Below, piece after piece: positions 1 to 12,200 of a DNA stretch of 64,000 nucleotides. The DNA is from Dendrobates tinctorius (Eukaryota), in assembly GCF_039654945.1 (NCBI RefSeq), contig NW_027361722.1, forward strand, positions 1,426,001-1,490,000, given 5' to 3'. The translations under genes and the position numbers were made by a program. The notes beneath the pieces are model-generated. The model made no database searches and was not told the origin of the DNA. It worked only from the letters and a program-made list of their open reading frames with translations. How positions within the stretch are numbered: the first letter of the stretch is position 1; every line of letters begins with the position of its first letter.

Positions 1-417
1 GGGGACCTCAATTGGAGAGGCCTACACTTTCTCCAGACCTGAATCCCAGAGAAAACTTCTGGGATCAGCTGAGTCACAGTGTAAAGGCTCGTAAATCTGT
101 ACTCCAGAATCCCAACGACCTGAGGGTCGCCCTTCAAGATGAGTGTGACGCCATGTCTCGGCAGACAATAACTCGACTTGATAATAGCATGCGACGTTGT
201 CAGCTGTAATTGATGCTCAAGTTATTGAGCCATTGACATATTGTGTTGGGGGGTTACTCCCCACTGTTGTTGGCTTTTGTTTCAGTAAATTGAGATGATG
301 AAACCACCATTACTGCTTCTACTTAAATGCCCTACTTTCATGATAAAATATCACTGTAGTGTGAACTTTATAAATTTCGCTGGAAAGCCAAATATCTGTA
401 ACTTTTTGTGAGTAGTG
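1..417 (+). mobile_element. Tc1/mariner transposon, 3' part (degenerate transposase C-terminus and right TIR)
   Basis: Translation ..PTLSPDLNPRENFWDQL.. matches the Tc1 WPxxSPDLNPIE motif; ends ...TTTTTGTGAGTAGTG followed by TA (418-419). Confidence 0.8.
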
Positions 418-1089
418 TATAATCGTAAAATATAACAAATTGCATATAAGACCCAATATAAAATATAGGAAGAAAATAAGAAAAATTGTATTACAGAGAA
501 TTATTAGCAATTGTAGGGCTTGTGTTGGTGCCCACTGCAGTACCTTACTTACAATAAACGATAAAGCATTAAAGAAGTATAAACTCAAAAGTAGTTTCAC
601 TGGGAAGTTGGGATTAAAAAAATAATTTCTCTAGTAAATGTAGTTATGTCATAGTGATAGTCTGTTGGGTTGATTGGGGAAAATGTACCCATCACAGTAC
701 CAGAAAATAATAATGACAAAGTAAAGGGTGTTGAAAGGTGATACAGTAAAGACATTGTTTCTCTGTTATGTCCCCTCAGACACTGTTATAGTCCAATCAT
801 GGTGACTGATTAATCAGGTTGTTTTGAGTTGCTTCAGTATGTTTGATAGCATCTCACAGATTAGTTGGGGTTGTTTCTGTACCCATCACAGTATTTGTTA
901 CTTCATATTTTGCAGTGTTGCCATACCCATGGCTGTACCTTCCTACTTAAAAAATGGATCATTTTTTAAAACTTGTGTAGAATGAAATGAAAATGCTTAA
1001 AAGTTAAATACAAAAATCTGTCAGAAGTGTATTTACATAGGGCAGAACATTGGCCCTTTAGCCATAATCAGAGAAACAAACGGAAAGAC

Positions 1090-1214
1090 CTGCTGTGCGG
1101 AGAAGAGCTTCCCCTGGTACTTGCTGATCACAGTGTAGCCACCAGCTACTGTCCTGTCTTCATACCAGGCCACAGGGGTCAGAAAATCCCGAGGATTGGC
1201 CAGGCCATTGGCTC
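1090..1214 (-). CDS. HGD: Homogentisate 1,2-dioxygenase, coding exon 10 (125 nt); gene continues beyond left edge
   Basis: (G)[41 protein letters not shown]; tag acceptor, gtcttt donor. Confidence 0.96.
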
Positions 1215-1319
1215 CTACAATAAAGTCCAATCATTCTAGTTATCATTGGTAACAGTTTTCAGTCTTGAACATGAAGGATATTCTATGTCCTTAATTCTAT
1301 ATCACTCTCAGGCTCTTAC

Positions 1320-1419
1320 CTATTGGTCCCAGGTCAGGGAGCTCAAAGTGGACCCCGAAGACCTCTAAGATGTAACCTCTGGAGTTACCAAAGACCTCAA
1401 TGCTGAATCTCATCCCTTG
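1320..1419 (-). CDS. HGD: HGD coding exon 9 (100 nt)
   Basis: [33 protein letters not shown](G); cag acceptor, gtaaga donor. Confidence 0.97.
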
Positions 1420-1513
1420 CTGCCAAATAGAGATCCATGCAAGAGACATACAGTATTATAACCGCCATATATAATATCTTGTACTGCTGTGTTCTCATAG
1501 GACCTCATATCAC

Positions 1514-1593
1514 CTGAATAACACAGATCTCATTGGGTTCTACCAAGACCTTCCCAAATTCAGTGAGAATTAGGAGATTTCCCTGCTGCGGAA
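1514..1593 (-). CDS. HGD: HGD coding exon 8 (80 nt)
   Basis: (V)[26 protein letters not shown]; cag acceptor, gtgata donor. Confidence 0.97.
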
Positions 1594-1646
1594 CTGTGAA
1601 AAGAAAACCAAACATCACAGGAGACTTGATGTAACGTCATCCAATA

Positions 1647-1680
1647 CTGCAATTCCCACCACTGACACTAGGTGGCAGCA
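1647..1680 (+). promoter_or_regulatory. Candidate CTCF site with upstream (U) motif, in HGD intron 7
   Basis: CTGCAATTCC-N8-ACACTAGGTGGCAGCA resembles the extended CTCF motif (CTGCAGTTCC-N8-CCACTAGGTGGCAG). Confidence 0.55.
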
Positions 1681-1778
1681 CACAGACATTTGTTTACACA
1701 ACCAAGTTCCAACTTTTCAGCAACTTTCCGCAAAACTTTTATCAAAGAAAGTGACAAAATGGAGAAATCTGAACTCAC

Positions 1779-1813
1779 CGATAAGAAAATCTCCGTCAGA
1801 GTTATATAAGCAC
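1779..1813 (-). CDS. HGD: HGD coding exon 7 (35 nt)
   Basis: (R)CLYNSDGDFLI(V); cag acceptor, gtgagt donor. Confidence 0.97.
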
Positions 1814-1934
1814 CTGGTGGGAAGAAGCGATAAATCACACATCATGGAGACAAAGAGGAAAGAGACCTCACCCACATGTGCAAAAATCCCCTGTGAAAAA
1901 TATGATAAAACTGTAACATGTGAACCAGGCCTTA

Positions 1935-4703
1935 GGATGGTTTTGCACATCCTGATACTTCCGGTACCGGAGATATCAGAGTCCGTGTTTGTAATAGTTG
2001 TGGCATACGTGTGCCGCCCGTGCGCTGCATCGGTACTACACGTATCAGCGCCTGGGAATCAGCGATACTATTCCCCAGCGCCGGGTGCTGCAGATGGCTC
2101 TCATCATTCTCCCCTGCCCTGCCAGTGATCAATGCTAGCAGGGGAGGATGTTGAGAGTTGTATTCAGCTGATAACAGTGAGAGCATTCGGCGGCGGATGG
2201 GAGTATTCATCAGCCACCGCCACAGTTGTCAGGCAAAACTGACAACTGTGGGCTGCAACCCTCAGCTGTCAGCTTCACCAAGGCTGATTGTCAAGAATAG
2301 AGGGGTCCCCACGCTGTTTTTTTTAAAAAAATGATTTAAATAATTTAAAAACGGAATGGGGTCTCCCCCATTTTTGACAACCAGCAAAGATAAAGCTGAC
2401 AACTAGGGGCTGGTATTATCAGGCTGGTAAGGGGCCATGGATATTGACCCCCAGCCTAAAAATAGCAGCATGCAGTTCCCCAGAAAAGGCGCACCGATTA
2501 GATAAAACAAAAATGAAAAACAACAATATCCCTCACCTGTCCGCCATTCTGTCCCACACCGTAATCCATGTCTGGGGATTAATAGTTTTCAAGCTGGACA
2601 GTGCCAAGATGTGACTGTCCAGGCTGAGAACCATTGGTGACTTAGTGACCAGAGGTGACGTCATCAAGGTTACTGCTGGTCACTGAGGCTACATTCCCAG
2701 CCGGGCTGAACTGCGGTGACCTCAGCACCATGTGAAAAAGTCACCGCAGTTCAGCCTGTCTGGGAACACTACCTGGATCTCTCCAGCTGCATGTGTCGCG
2801 GGTGTGTGACAGTCACAACAAATGCATGAGGAGCCTGTCTGTTGGGCTCTCCATACATGTGTTGTGACAGTGAAACAGCCGCAACTCATGCAGCTGTGGA
2901 GCCGGACAGCTGATCAGCAGGAGCCATACAGGAAGCCGGATTCCATCTGCAGCTTACTCGGTAAGTGCTATAGCTTGCTGAATAAGGAGGGAGCCGAACA
3001 TATTTGCTCATCTCTAGTCACTGACTCTGCGCTTGCAGTAATTCCCTAGTGGTTCTCAGCCTGGACGGTCGCATCTTGGCACCGTTCAGGTTACACACTA
3101 TTGATCCCCAGACATGGATTACAGCGTGGGAACAGAACGACGGACAGGTGAGGGATATTGTTTTTTATTTTAGTTGTATTACAGGAGACAAGGGCTTCAG
3201 TGGAATTAGGCGTTGGTGAGTATAACTGTTTGTTATTTTTAAAGGGAACCTGTCACCCCCTCCAGGCGTTTTTAAGTAAAAGAGCCACCTTGTGCAGCAC
3301 TAATGCTGCGTTCTGTAGTTCAGAGAACTACTGCGCATGCCCAAGATTCCCAGCCCCGCAGTGTGAATAAATCATAAGCGACTGCGGGGCGGGATCTCTG
3401 GCCGCGCAATAGGAAGGCCAGGATGTGATGTGAGAGTACGGGCAGCGCTAACTGCGCATGCCCAAGAAGATATAGTACAGCGCAGGCGCCACGATTTCAA
3501 AAGAAGCTGAGGAGGCGGCGCCAAATACTGAAGAAAGAAATGATTGATGTATGAGAGGCGTCTGTCAGAGGGGGAAAGACCTGCCCCACTGTCAAAATTC
3601 AGGTATTTTTTACCAATTTTAAAAACGAATATCTCTGCGGTGGAAGGGAAGCTAAGTAAAAGAGCCACATTGACAGAATGCAGCATTAGTGCTGCACAAG
3701 GTGGCTCTTTTATTTAAAACCGCCTGGGGGGAGTGACAGGTTCCCTTTAAATAAAAATGGAAAAGTGTTTTGCTTTATTTCTAATAAAAGGCTTTATTCT
3801 GGCTGTGTTTATTTACCATATAACTATAGGATTAGTAATGGATGGGTGTCTTATAGACACCTCTCCATTACTAACCCGTGGCCTTGATGTCACCAGACAA
3901 TACAAAGGTGACATCAACTCCACAAATATGAACCCCATTTGCCACCGCTACAGGGCAAGTGGGAAGAGTCGGGAAAAATGCCAGAATTTACGCATCTAAT
4001 AGATGTGCCTTTTGTGGGCGGCTGCGGGCTGCTATTTTTAGGCTGGAGAGGGTCAATATCTATGGCCCCTTACCAGCCTGAGATTACCAGCCCCCAGCTG
4101 TCTGCTTTAGCTAGGCTGGTTTTCAAAAAATGTGGGGACCCGTCTATTCTTGATAACCAGCCTTACTGAAGCTGACAGCTGAGGGTTGCAGCCGCCAGCT
4201 GTCAGTTTTGCCTGGCTGGTTATCAAAGATATAGGGGAACCCATGTTATTTAAAAAATATATTTGATAGCTCAGGCTGCGGGTGATGAGTACTCCCATCA
4301 GCCGCTCCGGCTCTCAAATGTTATTAGCGGCAGCAGGTGTAGGCTGATGGGAGTAATAGTCCCATCAGCCACTGCCTGCTGTCGCTGTTATGAGTTGAAT
4401 ACAGCTCTCATCATTTTCCCCTGCTTGCACTGATCGCCGACACAGCAGAGGACCATGATGAGAGCAGTTTTCAGCAACCGGCACCAGGTAACATCGTGAA
4501 CAGTACCGCTGCTTTCCAGGCAACATCCCTGTGTATCATCCATGTGCACGTATGCGGGACACTTTGCGGCCTGTACGGTCCGTGGAAACACACTGACATG
4601 TGCATAGACTCATTCACTTGAATAGGTCTATGTGTGTAAGTGTCTCCGGTAGGTGTGAAAACTGTCACCACACGTACCGGAGACACTGATGTGAAAAGGG
4701 GGC
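1935..4703. mobile_element. Large foldback non-autonomous DNA element (Harbinger-like ends) filling HGD intron 6
   Basis: Diverged inverted segments: ~2245-2500 versus ~3990-4220, and ~2530-2640 versus ~3050-3160. Degenerate ends TTA|GG..GCACATC.. and ..GATGTGAAA..; boundaries approximate. Confidence 0.6.
3243..3746. mobile_element. TTAA-target MITE (T2/Kolobok-like) nested in the foldback element
   Basis: TTAA|AGGGAACCTGTCA... and ...TGACAGGTTCCCT|TTAA, with ~75-bp TIRs including AAGAGCCACCTTGTGCAGCACTAATGCTGC. Confidence 0.88.
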
Positions 4704-4713
4704 ACTAACTTAC

Positions 4714-4805
4714 CTGTCAATCATGGACACATTACAGGTGTAAATATGGATGGCGATCCCATTGCGCGACTTGGTGTCTCCAGCTCCACAGAGCGTGTAC
4801 AGTCC
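4714..4805 (-). CDS. HGD: HGD coding exon 6 (92 nt)
   Basis: [30 protein letters not shown](R); cag acceptor, gtaagt donor. Confidence 0.97.
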
Positions 4806-4944
4806 CTGAACAGATAATGGCAGAGATATCATAATAGTTTCTAAAACATAATTTGTTTATATATTTGCAAAAGTATAAGTATTGGCACCTGTGTTTGGTA
4901 TTGAGGCAACCTTTTATAAGGACTTTGTGCTTCTGTAATAAGAA

Positions 4945-5734
4945 GGCCGGCATTGATTTTTAGAACCGGACGCGCACACTATGGCTTTAACGCCTGTTGT
5001 GTATTTTGGGCGGTGGAAATGACCTGGGACAGATCTGATGACGCTGAGGGTATGTGACTGCATGAACGTATCACTATCATGTGGACATATGGGGGTTACT
5101 ATTATCGCCTTCTCGTGTGTGATTTAACCACCGGATGGTAGGTGGGGCCGATCTGTGGCAGTGCATCATGGGGGTTATTTAAATCCGCCCCTCTACGACC
5201 TCCGGTACCATCAAGCGTCATCTGGGTCTCGGTTATGGACATCAATAACAATGATTATTCCTCCTGATGAACCGCCACAGGCGGTGAAACGCGTCGGGGC
5301 ATACCTGCACATGATAAGTGAGCCTCTTTTACTTGGATTGATTATATACCCCTGAGGGGGGCTGATCTTTATCAGTTGGTCATGGGTGATCATGATGCGG
5401 AGGTATTATAGTTTTTATGTATTTTTGATATTAGTCTGGGGTCCTGCATTATTCATTTCTGCACTATCTGATTATTGTTTTCCCTCCTGTCTTATCAGGG
5501 ACTGGTAGGGGAGTGAGGGATAGTCCTCGTTGAGTGGGGGCGCCAAGATTTGTACTTTTAGGGTGCCAACCTCCACGGTCAGGAAGGTATCAGAAAGCCT
5601 TATTGTAGGGCTGTGCAGCATCCCAGAACAGGTCTTTTTTTCATTTGTGGCATTTGCCAATGATTCACTGGGAAAGGTGTTTTTTAATGTATTTTTGAAT
5701 AAATTTGGCTTTTAGGGGATTTACATGTTCGCAC
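4945..5734 (+). mobile_element. Probable Penelope-like element fragment (pLTR) with 17-bp target-site duplication
   Basis: Flanked by identical TGCTTCTGTAATAAGAA (4928-4944 and 5735-5751); contains a minimal hammerhead motif; AT-rich 3' end with AATAAA. Confidence 0.7.
5260..5299 (+). ncRNA. Minimal type I hammerhead ribozyme motif
   Basis: CCTC-CTGATGA-ACCGCC(ACA)GGCGGT-GAAA-CGCGTC^GGGG: intact core, 6-bp stem II, palindromic ACGCGT stem III, GUC cleavage triplet, 4-bp stem I. Confidence 0.8.
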
Positions 5735-5837
5735 TGCTTCTGTAATAAGAACCATTAAATGCATATGTTTGTGCCCCCCGACTTCACTGCAGATAGGACG
5801 CTATGGTGTCATCCACACGGCTCATCTTATGACTCAC

Positions 5838-5888
5838 ATCCACAAAGTCCTGCTTCTTCTCCCCGACCACAAATGGCTTCCACCTCAG
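5838..5888 (-). CDS. HGD: HGD coding exon 5 (51 nt)
   Basis: LRWKPFVVGEKKQDFVD; cag acceptor, gtgagt donor. Confidence 0.95.
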
Positions 5889-6102
5889 CTGCAAAAAGAC
5901 CACAAGAAAGTGATTAGCGCCCCACATAGTAATGGCTGATGTTACTGGATCCCGTTGTATAAGGATCTGTGAGGAGCAGAACAAAGTCTGGTGATCATTC
6001 ACTCGCTGTGCAAAATTCAGCACCCGTTCAATTCTTAATATATTTTTACAGTTATCAAAACTTCATGTGCCAAACATCACTAAAGACTCAGGACGTCGCT
6101 TT

Positions 6103-6642
6103 TGCGGTCTTGGTTCAGCTTTAGCTCAGCTTGGTCTCTGGTCGGCTCGGCCTCAGGTCAGTTCGGTCTTGGGTCAGTTCGGACTCGGATCGGGTCAACT
6201 CGTTCTTGGGTCAGTTCAGTCTCAAGTCTGGTTGGCTCGGTCTCGGATCTGCTATGTCTCGGGTCAGTTCAGTCTCTGGTCAGTTCGGTCTCGGGTGGGG
6301 TCGGCTTGGCTTCGGGTCGGCTCAGTCTTGGGTTGCCTTGGTCTTGGGTCAGGTTGGTCTCAGGACGGCTCAGTCTTGGGTCGGTTCGGTCTCGGGTTGG
6401 CTCAGTTTTGGATTGGTTCGGTCTCGGGTCAGTTCGGTCTCGGGTTGGTTTAGTCTCAGGTCGGTTCAGTCTCAGGTCGGTTCGGTCTCAGGTTGGCTTA
6501 GTCTCGTGTCGGCTCTGCCTTGGGTTGGGTCGGCTTGGCTTCGGGTCAGCTCAGTCTCAGGACGGCTCAGTCTCGGGTCGGCTCTGCCTTGGCTTCGGGT
6601 CAGCTCGGTCTCGGGTCAGCTCGGTGTTGGGTCGCTCAGCTC
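6103..6642. repeat. Degenerate ~16-bp minisatellite (GGTCTCGGGTCAGTTC)
   Basis: Direct inspection; accounts for the three stop-free low-complexity ORFs at 6067-6682. Confidence 0.85.
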
Positions 6643-6899
6643 TCTGAATAAGAACAGGTCATTCATTTTTGTATTTCCTTAGATAATGCACACTTGGGAT
6701 TTTTTTCCTTGACAGAAGGGGGTAATAAAGAATCACAGGTGGTCGGTAAGGTGGGCGACAAATAACTGAAGACTTAGTAAATGCAATGAGCACTTAAGCG
6801 TTAAAGTGATCCAGTCAGGACCCCCGAGCCCCCCGTGCTGCCAGCAGTTGTCTGCGTCTATAAATCCCTTTATTACACATGAGCAGATCTTTACAAACA

Positions 6900-7421
6900 G
6901 TAAATGAGGCCTGGACTAGTCAGAAATTTGCCCCACAATATTTTTGGGGGGGTTGTGCGCCATTTTCCAAGACCCGTAGCATGTTTATTTTTCGGCCGAT
7001 GGAGCTGAGTGGCGGGTTTATTATTTGCGGGGCGAGACGACGTGTTTATTACTACCACTTTGGGATACGTGTGACTTTATGATCGCTTGTTGCAGCCTTT
7101 TGTGAAGAAATGCAGTGAGCAAAAAAAGTAATTTTTTCCCATTTACAGATGGGGTTAATCGTTTTTATATTTTAATAGATCGGACTTTTATGAAAAGGAG
7201 GCGATTTGAACTTTTAGGATTTTTTTTAGTTTTTTTCATCTTTTAAAACTGTTTTCACTACTCGCCTTTCTTGTCAGCCCCTCGGGGGCTCGTAGCTGCG
7301 ACCGTCCGCTCGCTCATGCTATATACAGTACAGTGATGCTGTGGGCGGGATACAGGTGAGCTCCCGTCCACAGCTGCCAACACGCGCCGTACATGTACGG
7401 CAGATGTCATAAAGGGGTTAA
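6900..7421. mobile_element. Partial non-autonomous DNA transposon ending in AAGGGGTTAA
   Basis: Right end ...GCCGTACATGTACGGC...AAAGGGGTTAA is typical of TTAA-target elements; left end not identified. Confidence 0.45.
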
Positions 7422-7944
7422 TATTAATAGCCAATAATGTCTATAAGACATCAGTCCTAGTGTTCGATTGGTCAGATGCGTATACACAGGGAATATCTCA
7501 TCTCATCAACCAGAGCTGATGGAAGATATATAAGGGCAGATTCAGAATCAGTGACGAAAACGGACGGAAAATCGGGTTCAAAATCTCCGGCACAATCTGC
7601 TTGTCCCAAGCGACTCAGTGTGCTCCCTCTAGTGGTGGCTGCTGGTAGTGACGACTTCTGCTGGGGTTTTGGATTATGGAGAATTGAACCAGTGCAGAAT
7701 TTTAGACCAGTTGTGTGAACCCGGCCTAAGCCGCCCCTCAGGCGAGTGCCCCCGTAGTGACACGTGGTGCTTTGCTGCACTACCCTTAGTTGTGTTATTA
7801 CGTACACTAGATAGTATAATCTATATGATATGGCGGGACTAATGGCGTCATATACAGTATATGTATGTGTAAGAGGGGAGCTGAATAAGTCATCACACCT
7901 CCTGCACTACAGGTGCCAGATGGGAGTAGCTCAGCCCTATGGAC

Positions 7945-8372
7945 GGCAGTCTCACCTTTGAGGTGGGCTGTTACACCTTATTGGGGGCCGTCTCACCTGG
8001 TTTGGGGGGCTGTCTCGTCTGATTATGGGTCTCACCTGGTTGGGTTCTGGCTCACCAGATTGGGGGCCGTCTCACCGGTTAGGGGCTGTCTCACTTGGTT
8101 GGGGGCCGTCTCATCTGACTGGAGGCCATCTCACCTGGTTGGGGGCCGTCTCACCGGTTGGTGGCTTGCTCACCTGGTTGGGGGCCGTCTCACCTGGTTG
8201 GGGGCCGTCGTCTCACCTGGTTGGGGTCTGGCTCACCTGGTTGGGGTCTGGCTCACCTGGTTGGGGTCTGGCTCACCTGGTTGGGGTCCATCTCACTGGT
8301 TGGGGGCTGTCTCACCTGGTTGGGGGCTGTCTCACCTGGTTGGGGGCCGTCTCACCTGGTTGGGGTCTGGCT
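7945..8372 (-). repeat. 20-bp minisatellite derived from the HGD exon 4 / intron 4 junction
   Basis: Minus-strand unit (CAGA/GGC)CCCCAACCAG|GTGAG(A/C) is the same as the exon 4 end GAGCCAGACCCCAACCAG|gtgagac; ~20 copies that decay away from the exon. Confidence 0.92.
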
Positions 8373-8461
8373 CCACTTCATCCCAGTTATGAGTCAGGTG
8401 TTTTTGCTCATAAGCCTGATAGGGTTTATGGCGGACAGACGGCAGAATACGGTAAAGCCAA
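8356..8461 (-). CDS. HGD: HGD coding exon 4 (106 nt)
   Basis: (S)[35 protein letters not shown]; cag acceptor, gtgaga donor. Confidence 0.96.
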
Positions 8462-8731
8462 CTGAAAAGGTAAAATATGATAACTCCCATCATCCGGACG
8501 AGCAGTTTTTACATAATGCATTAGTGATCGGGGGGGGGCAGCTTTACCAAGCAGGACTGTAGGAAAGATGGATGCCAGCCTTTGTGGGTCAACAGCCGCC
8601 ATGTTGGTTGTAACCCAAATTTCCCAGGGCCAGATATAAAAAAAGCAATGACTGAATAGAAGAGGCGATTCATAGTTATTGGGGTCTTACTCCTCTTAAA
8701 GGGGCAGTGCCCACTGGATTCCATTTCCTTA

Positions 8732-8860
<129 letters not shown>

Positions 8861-9034
8861 CTACCGCTCTGTTCTTGTTGTCAGTGAATAGGAACATTCA
8901 GTTCTATATCCTGCGAGGGGAAGGATCTGGGGCTGAAGACACAATTCCCATCACTGAGAGCAAGAAAAGAGCTTTCAAAATGAAAAGCTTCAGTAAGAAA
9001 TGACATCTGCCAGAGACGTAAATCAGCCGCTCAC

Positions 9035-9106
9035 CTGTCCCTCCGGTAAAGATCCCGGACAGCGAGGATCCTCCGAGGAGAATTCATTGCCAAATCCAGG
9101 CATATA
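9035..9106 (-). CDS. HGD: HGD coding exon 2 (72 nt)
   Basis: [24 protein letters not shown]; cag acceptor, gtgagc donor. Confidence 0.97.
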
Positions 9107-9215
9107 CTGAAAAGCAGAGAGAGAAAAGTTACACGTGAGACGGCAAATGCTCCAAATCCCTGAGACCTGTCACAAAGCCATAGCGCTATATAATGATATT
9201 CTGTCCGCCTGCAGG

Positions 9216-12200
9216 CACCACTAGAGGGAGCTCACTACATACAGATTTATACAGCCACCACTAGAGGGAGCTCTCTACATACAGATTTATACAGCCACCA
9301 CTAGAGGGAGCTCACTGCATACAGATTTATACAGTCACCACTAGAGGGAGCTCACTACATACATATTTATACAGTCACCACTAGAGGGAGCTCACTACAT
9401 ACAGATTTATACAGTCACCACTAGAGGGAGCTCACTACATACAGATTTATACAGTCACCACTAGAGGGAGCTCACTACATACAGATTTATACAGTCTCCA
9501 CTAGGGGGAGCTCACTACATACAGATTTATACAGCCACCACTAGAGGGAGCTCACTACATACAGATTTATACAGCCACAACTAGAGGGAGCTCACTGCAT
9601 ACAGATTTATACAGTCACCACTAGAGGGAGCTCACTACATACAGATTTATACAGCCACCACTAGAGGGAGCTCACTGCGTACAGATTTATACAGTCTCCA
9701 CTAGGGGGAGCTCACTACATACAGATTTATACAGTCACCACTAGGGGGAGCTCACTATATACAGATTTATACAGTCACCACTAGGGGGAGCTAACTATAT
9801 ACAGATTTATACAGTCACCACTAGGGGGAGCTCACTACATAAAGATTTATACAGTCTCCACTAGGGGAGCTCAGCACATACAGATTTATACAGTCTCCAC
9901 TAGGGGGAGCTCACTACATACAGATTTATATAGTCACCACTAGGGGGAGCTTACTACATACAGATTTATACAGCCACCACTAGAGGGAGCTCACTACGTA
10001 CAGATTTATACAGCCACCACTAGAGGGAGCTCACTGCGTACAGATTTATACAGTCTCCACTAGGGGGAGCTCACTACATACAGATTTATACAGTCACCAC
10101 TAGAGGGAGCTCACTACATACAGATTTATATAGTCACCACTAGGGGGAGCTTACTACATACAGATTTATACAGCCACCACTAGAGGGAGCTCACTACATA
10201 CAGATTTATACAGTCTCCACTAGGGGGAGCTCACTACATACAGATTTATATAGTCACCACTAGGGGGAGCTTACTACATACAGATTTATACAGCCACCAC
10301 TAGAGGGAGCTCACTACGTACAGATTTATACAGCCACCACTAGAGGGAGCTCACTGCATACAGATTTATACAGTCACCACTAGGGGGAGCTCACTACATA
10401 GATTTATACAGTCGCCACTAGAGGGAGCTCACTGCATACAGATTTATACAGTCACCACTAGAGGGAGCTCACTACATACAGATTTATACAGTCACCACTA
10501 AGGGAACCTCACTACATACAGATTTATACAGTCACCACTAGAGGGAGCTCACTACATACAGATTTATACAGTCATCACTAGGGGGAGCTCACTACATACA
10601 GACTTATACAGTCACCACTAGGGGGAGCTCACTATATACAGATTTATACAGTCTCCACTAGGGGGAGCTCACTACATACAGATTTATATAGTCACCACTA
10701 GAGGGAGCTCACTACATAGATTTATATAGTCACCACTAGGGGGAGCTCACTACATACAGATTTATACAGCCACGACTAGAGGGAGCTCACTACATACAGA
10801 TTTAAACAGTCACCACACGAGGGAGCTCACTACATACAGATTTATACAGCCACCACTAGAGGGAGCTCACTGCATACAGATTTATACAGTCACCACTAGA
10901 GGGAGCTCACTACATACAGATTTATACAGCCACCACAAGGGAGAGCTCACTACATACAGATTTATACATCCACCACTAGGGAGAGCTCACTACAGATTTA
11001 TACAGTCACCACTAGAGGGAGCTCACTACATACATATTTATACAGCCACCACTAGAGGGAGCTCACTACATACAGATTTATACAGCCACCACTAGAGGGA
11101 GCTCACTACATACAGATTTATACAGCCACCACTAGGGGGAGCTCACTACATACAGATTTATGCAGCCACCACTAGAGGGAGCTCTCTACATAGATTTATA
11201 CAGCCACCACTAGGGGAAGATCACTACATACAGATTTATACAGCCACCACTAGAGGGAGCGCTCTACATACAGATTTATACAGCCACCACTAGAGGGAGC
11301 GCTCTACATACAGATTTATACAGCCACCGCTAGAGGGAGCTCTCTACATACAGATTTATACTGCCACCACTAGTGGGAGCTCTCTACATACAGATTTATA
11401 CAGCCACCACTAGAGGGAGCTCACTACATACAGATTTATACATCCACCACTAGGGAGAGCTCACTACATACAGATTTATACAGTCACCACTAGAGGGAGC
11501 TCACTACATACATATTTATACAGCCACCACCAGAGGGAGCTCACTACATACAGATTTATACAGCCACCACTAGGGGGAGCTCACTACATACAGATTTATA
11601 CAGTCACCACTAGGGGGAACTCACTGCATACAGATTTATACAGCCACCTCTAGAGGGAGCTCACTATATACAGTTACACAGCCACCACTAGGGGGAGCTC
11701 ACGACATACAGAGTTATACAGCCATCACTAGGGGGAGCTCACTACATACATATTTATACAGCCACCACTAGGGGGAGCTCACTACATAAAGATTTATACA
11801 GCCACCTCTAGAGGGAGCTCACTACATAGAGTTATACAGCCACCACTAGGGGGAGCTCACTACATACAGATTTATGCAGCCACCACTAGAGGGAGCTCTC
11901 TACATACAGATTTATACAGCCACTAGGGGAAGATCACTACATACAGATTTATACAGCCACCACTAGGGGGAGCTCACTACATACAGATTTATACAGCCAC
12001 CACTAGAGGGAGCGCTCTACATACAGATTTATACAGCCACCTCTAGAGGGAGCACTCTACATACAGATTTATACAGCCACCGCTAGAGGGAGCTCTCTAC
12101 ATACAGATTTATACATCCACCACTAGGGAGAGCTCACTACATACAGATTTATACAGTCACCACTAGAGGGAGCTCACTACATACATATTTATACAGCCAC

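Noticed and set aside
5034-5075. Second CTGATGA as another hammerhead core
   Set aside because: No stem II or downstream GAAA/NUH arrangement.
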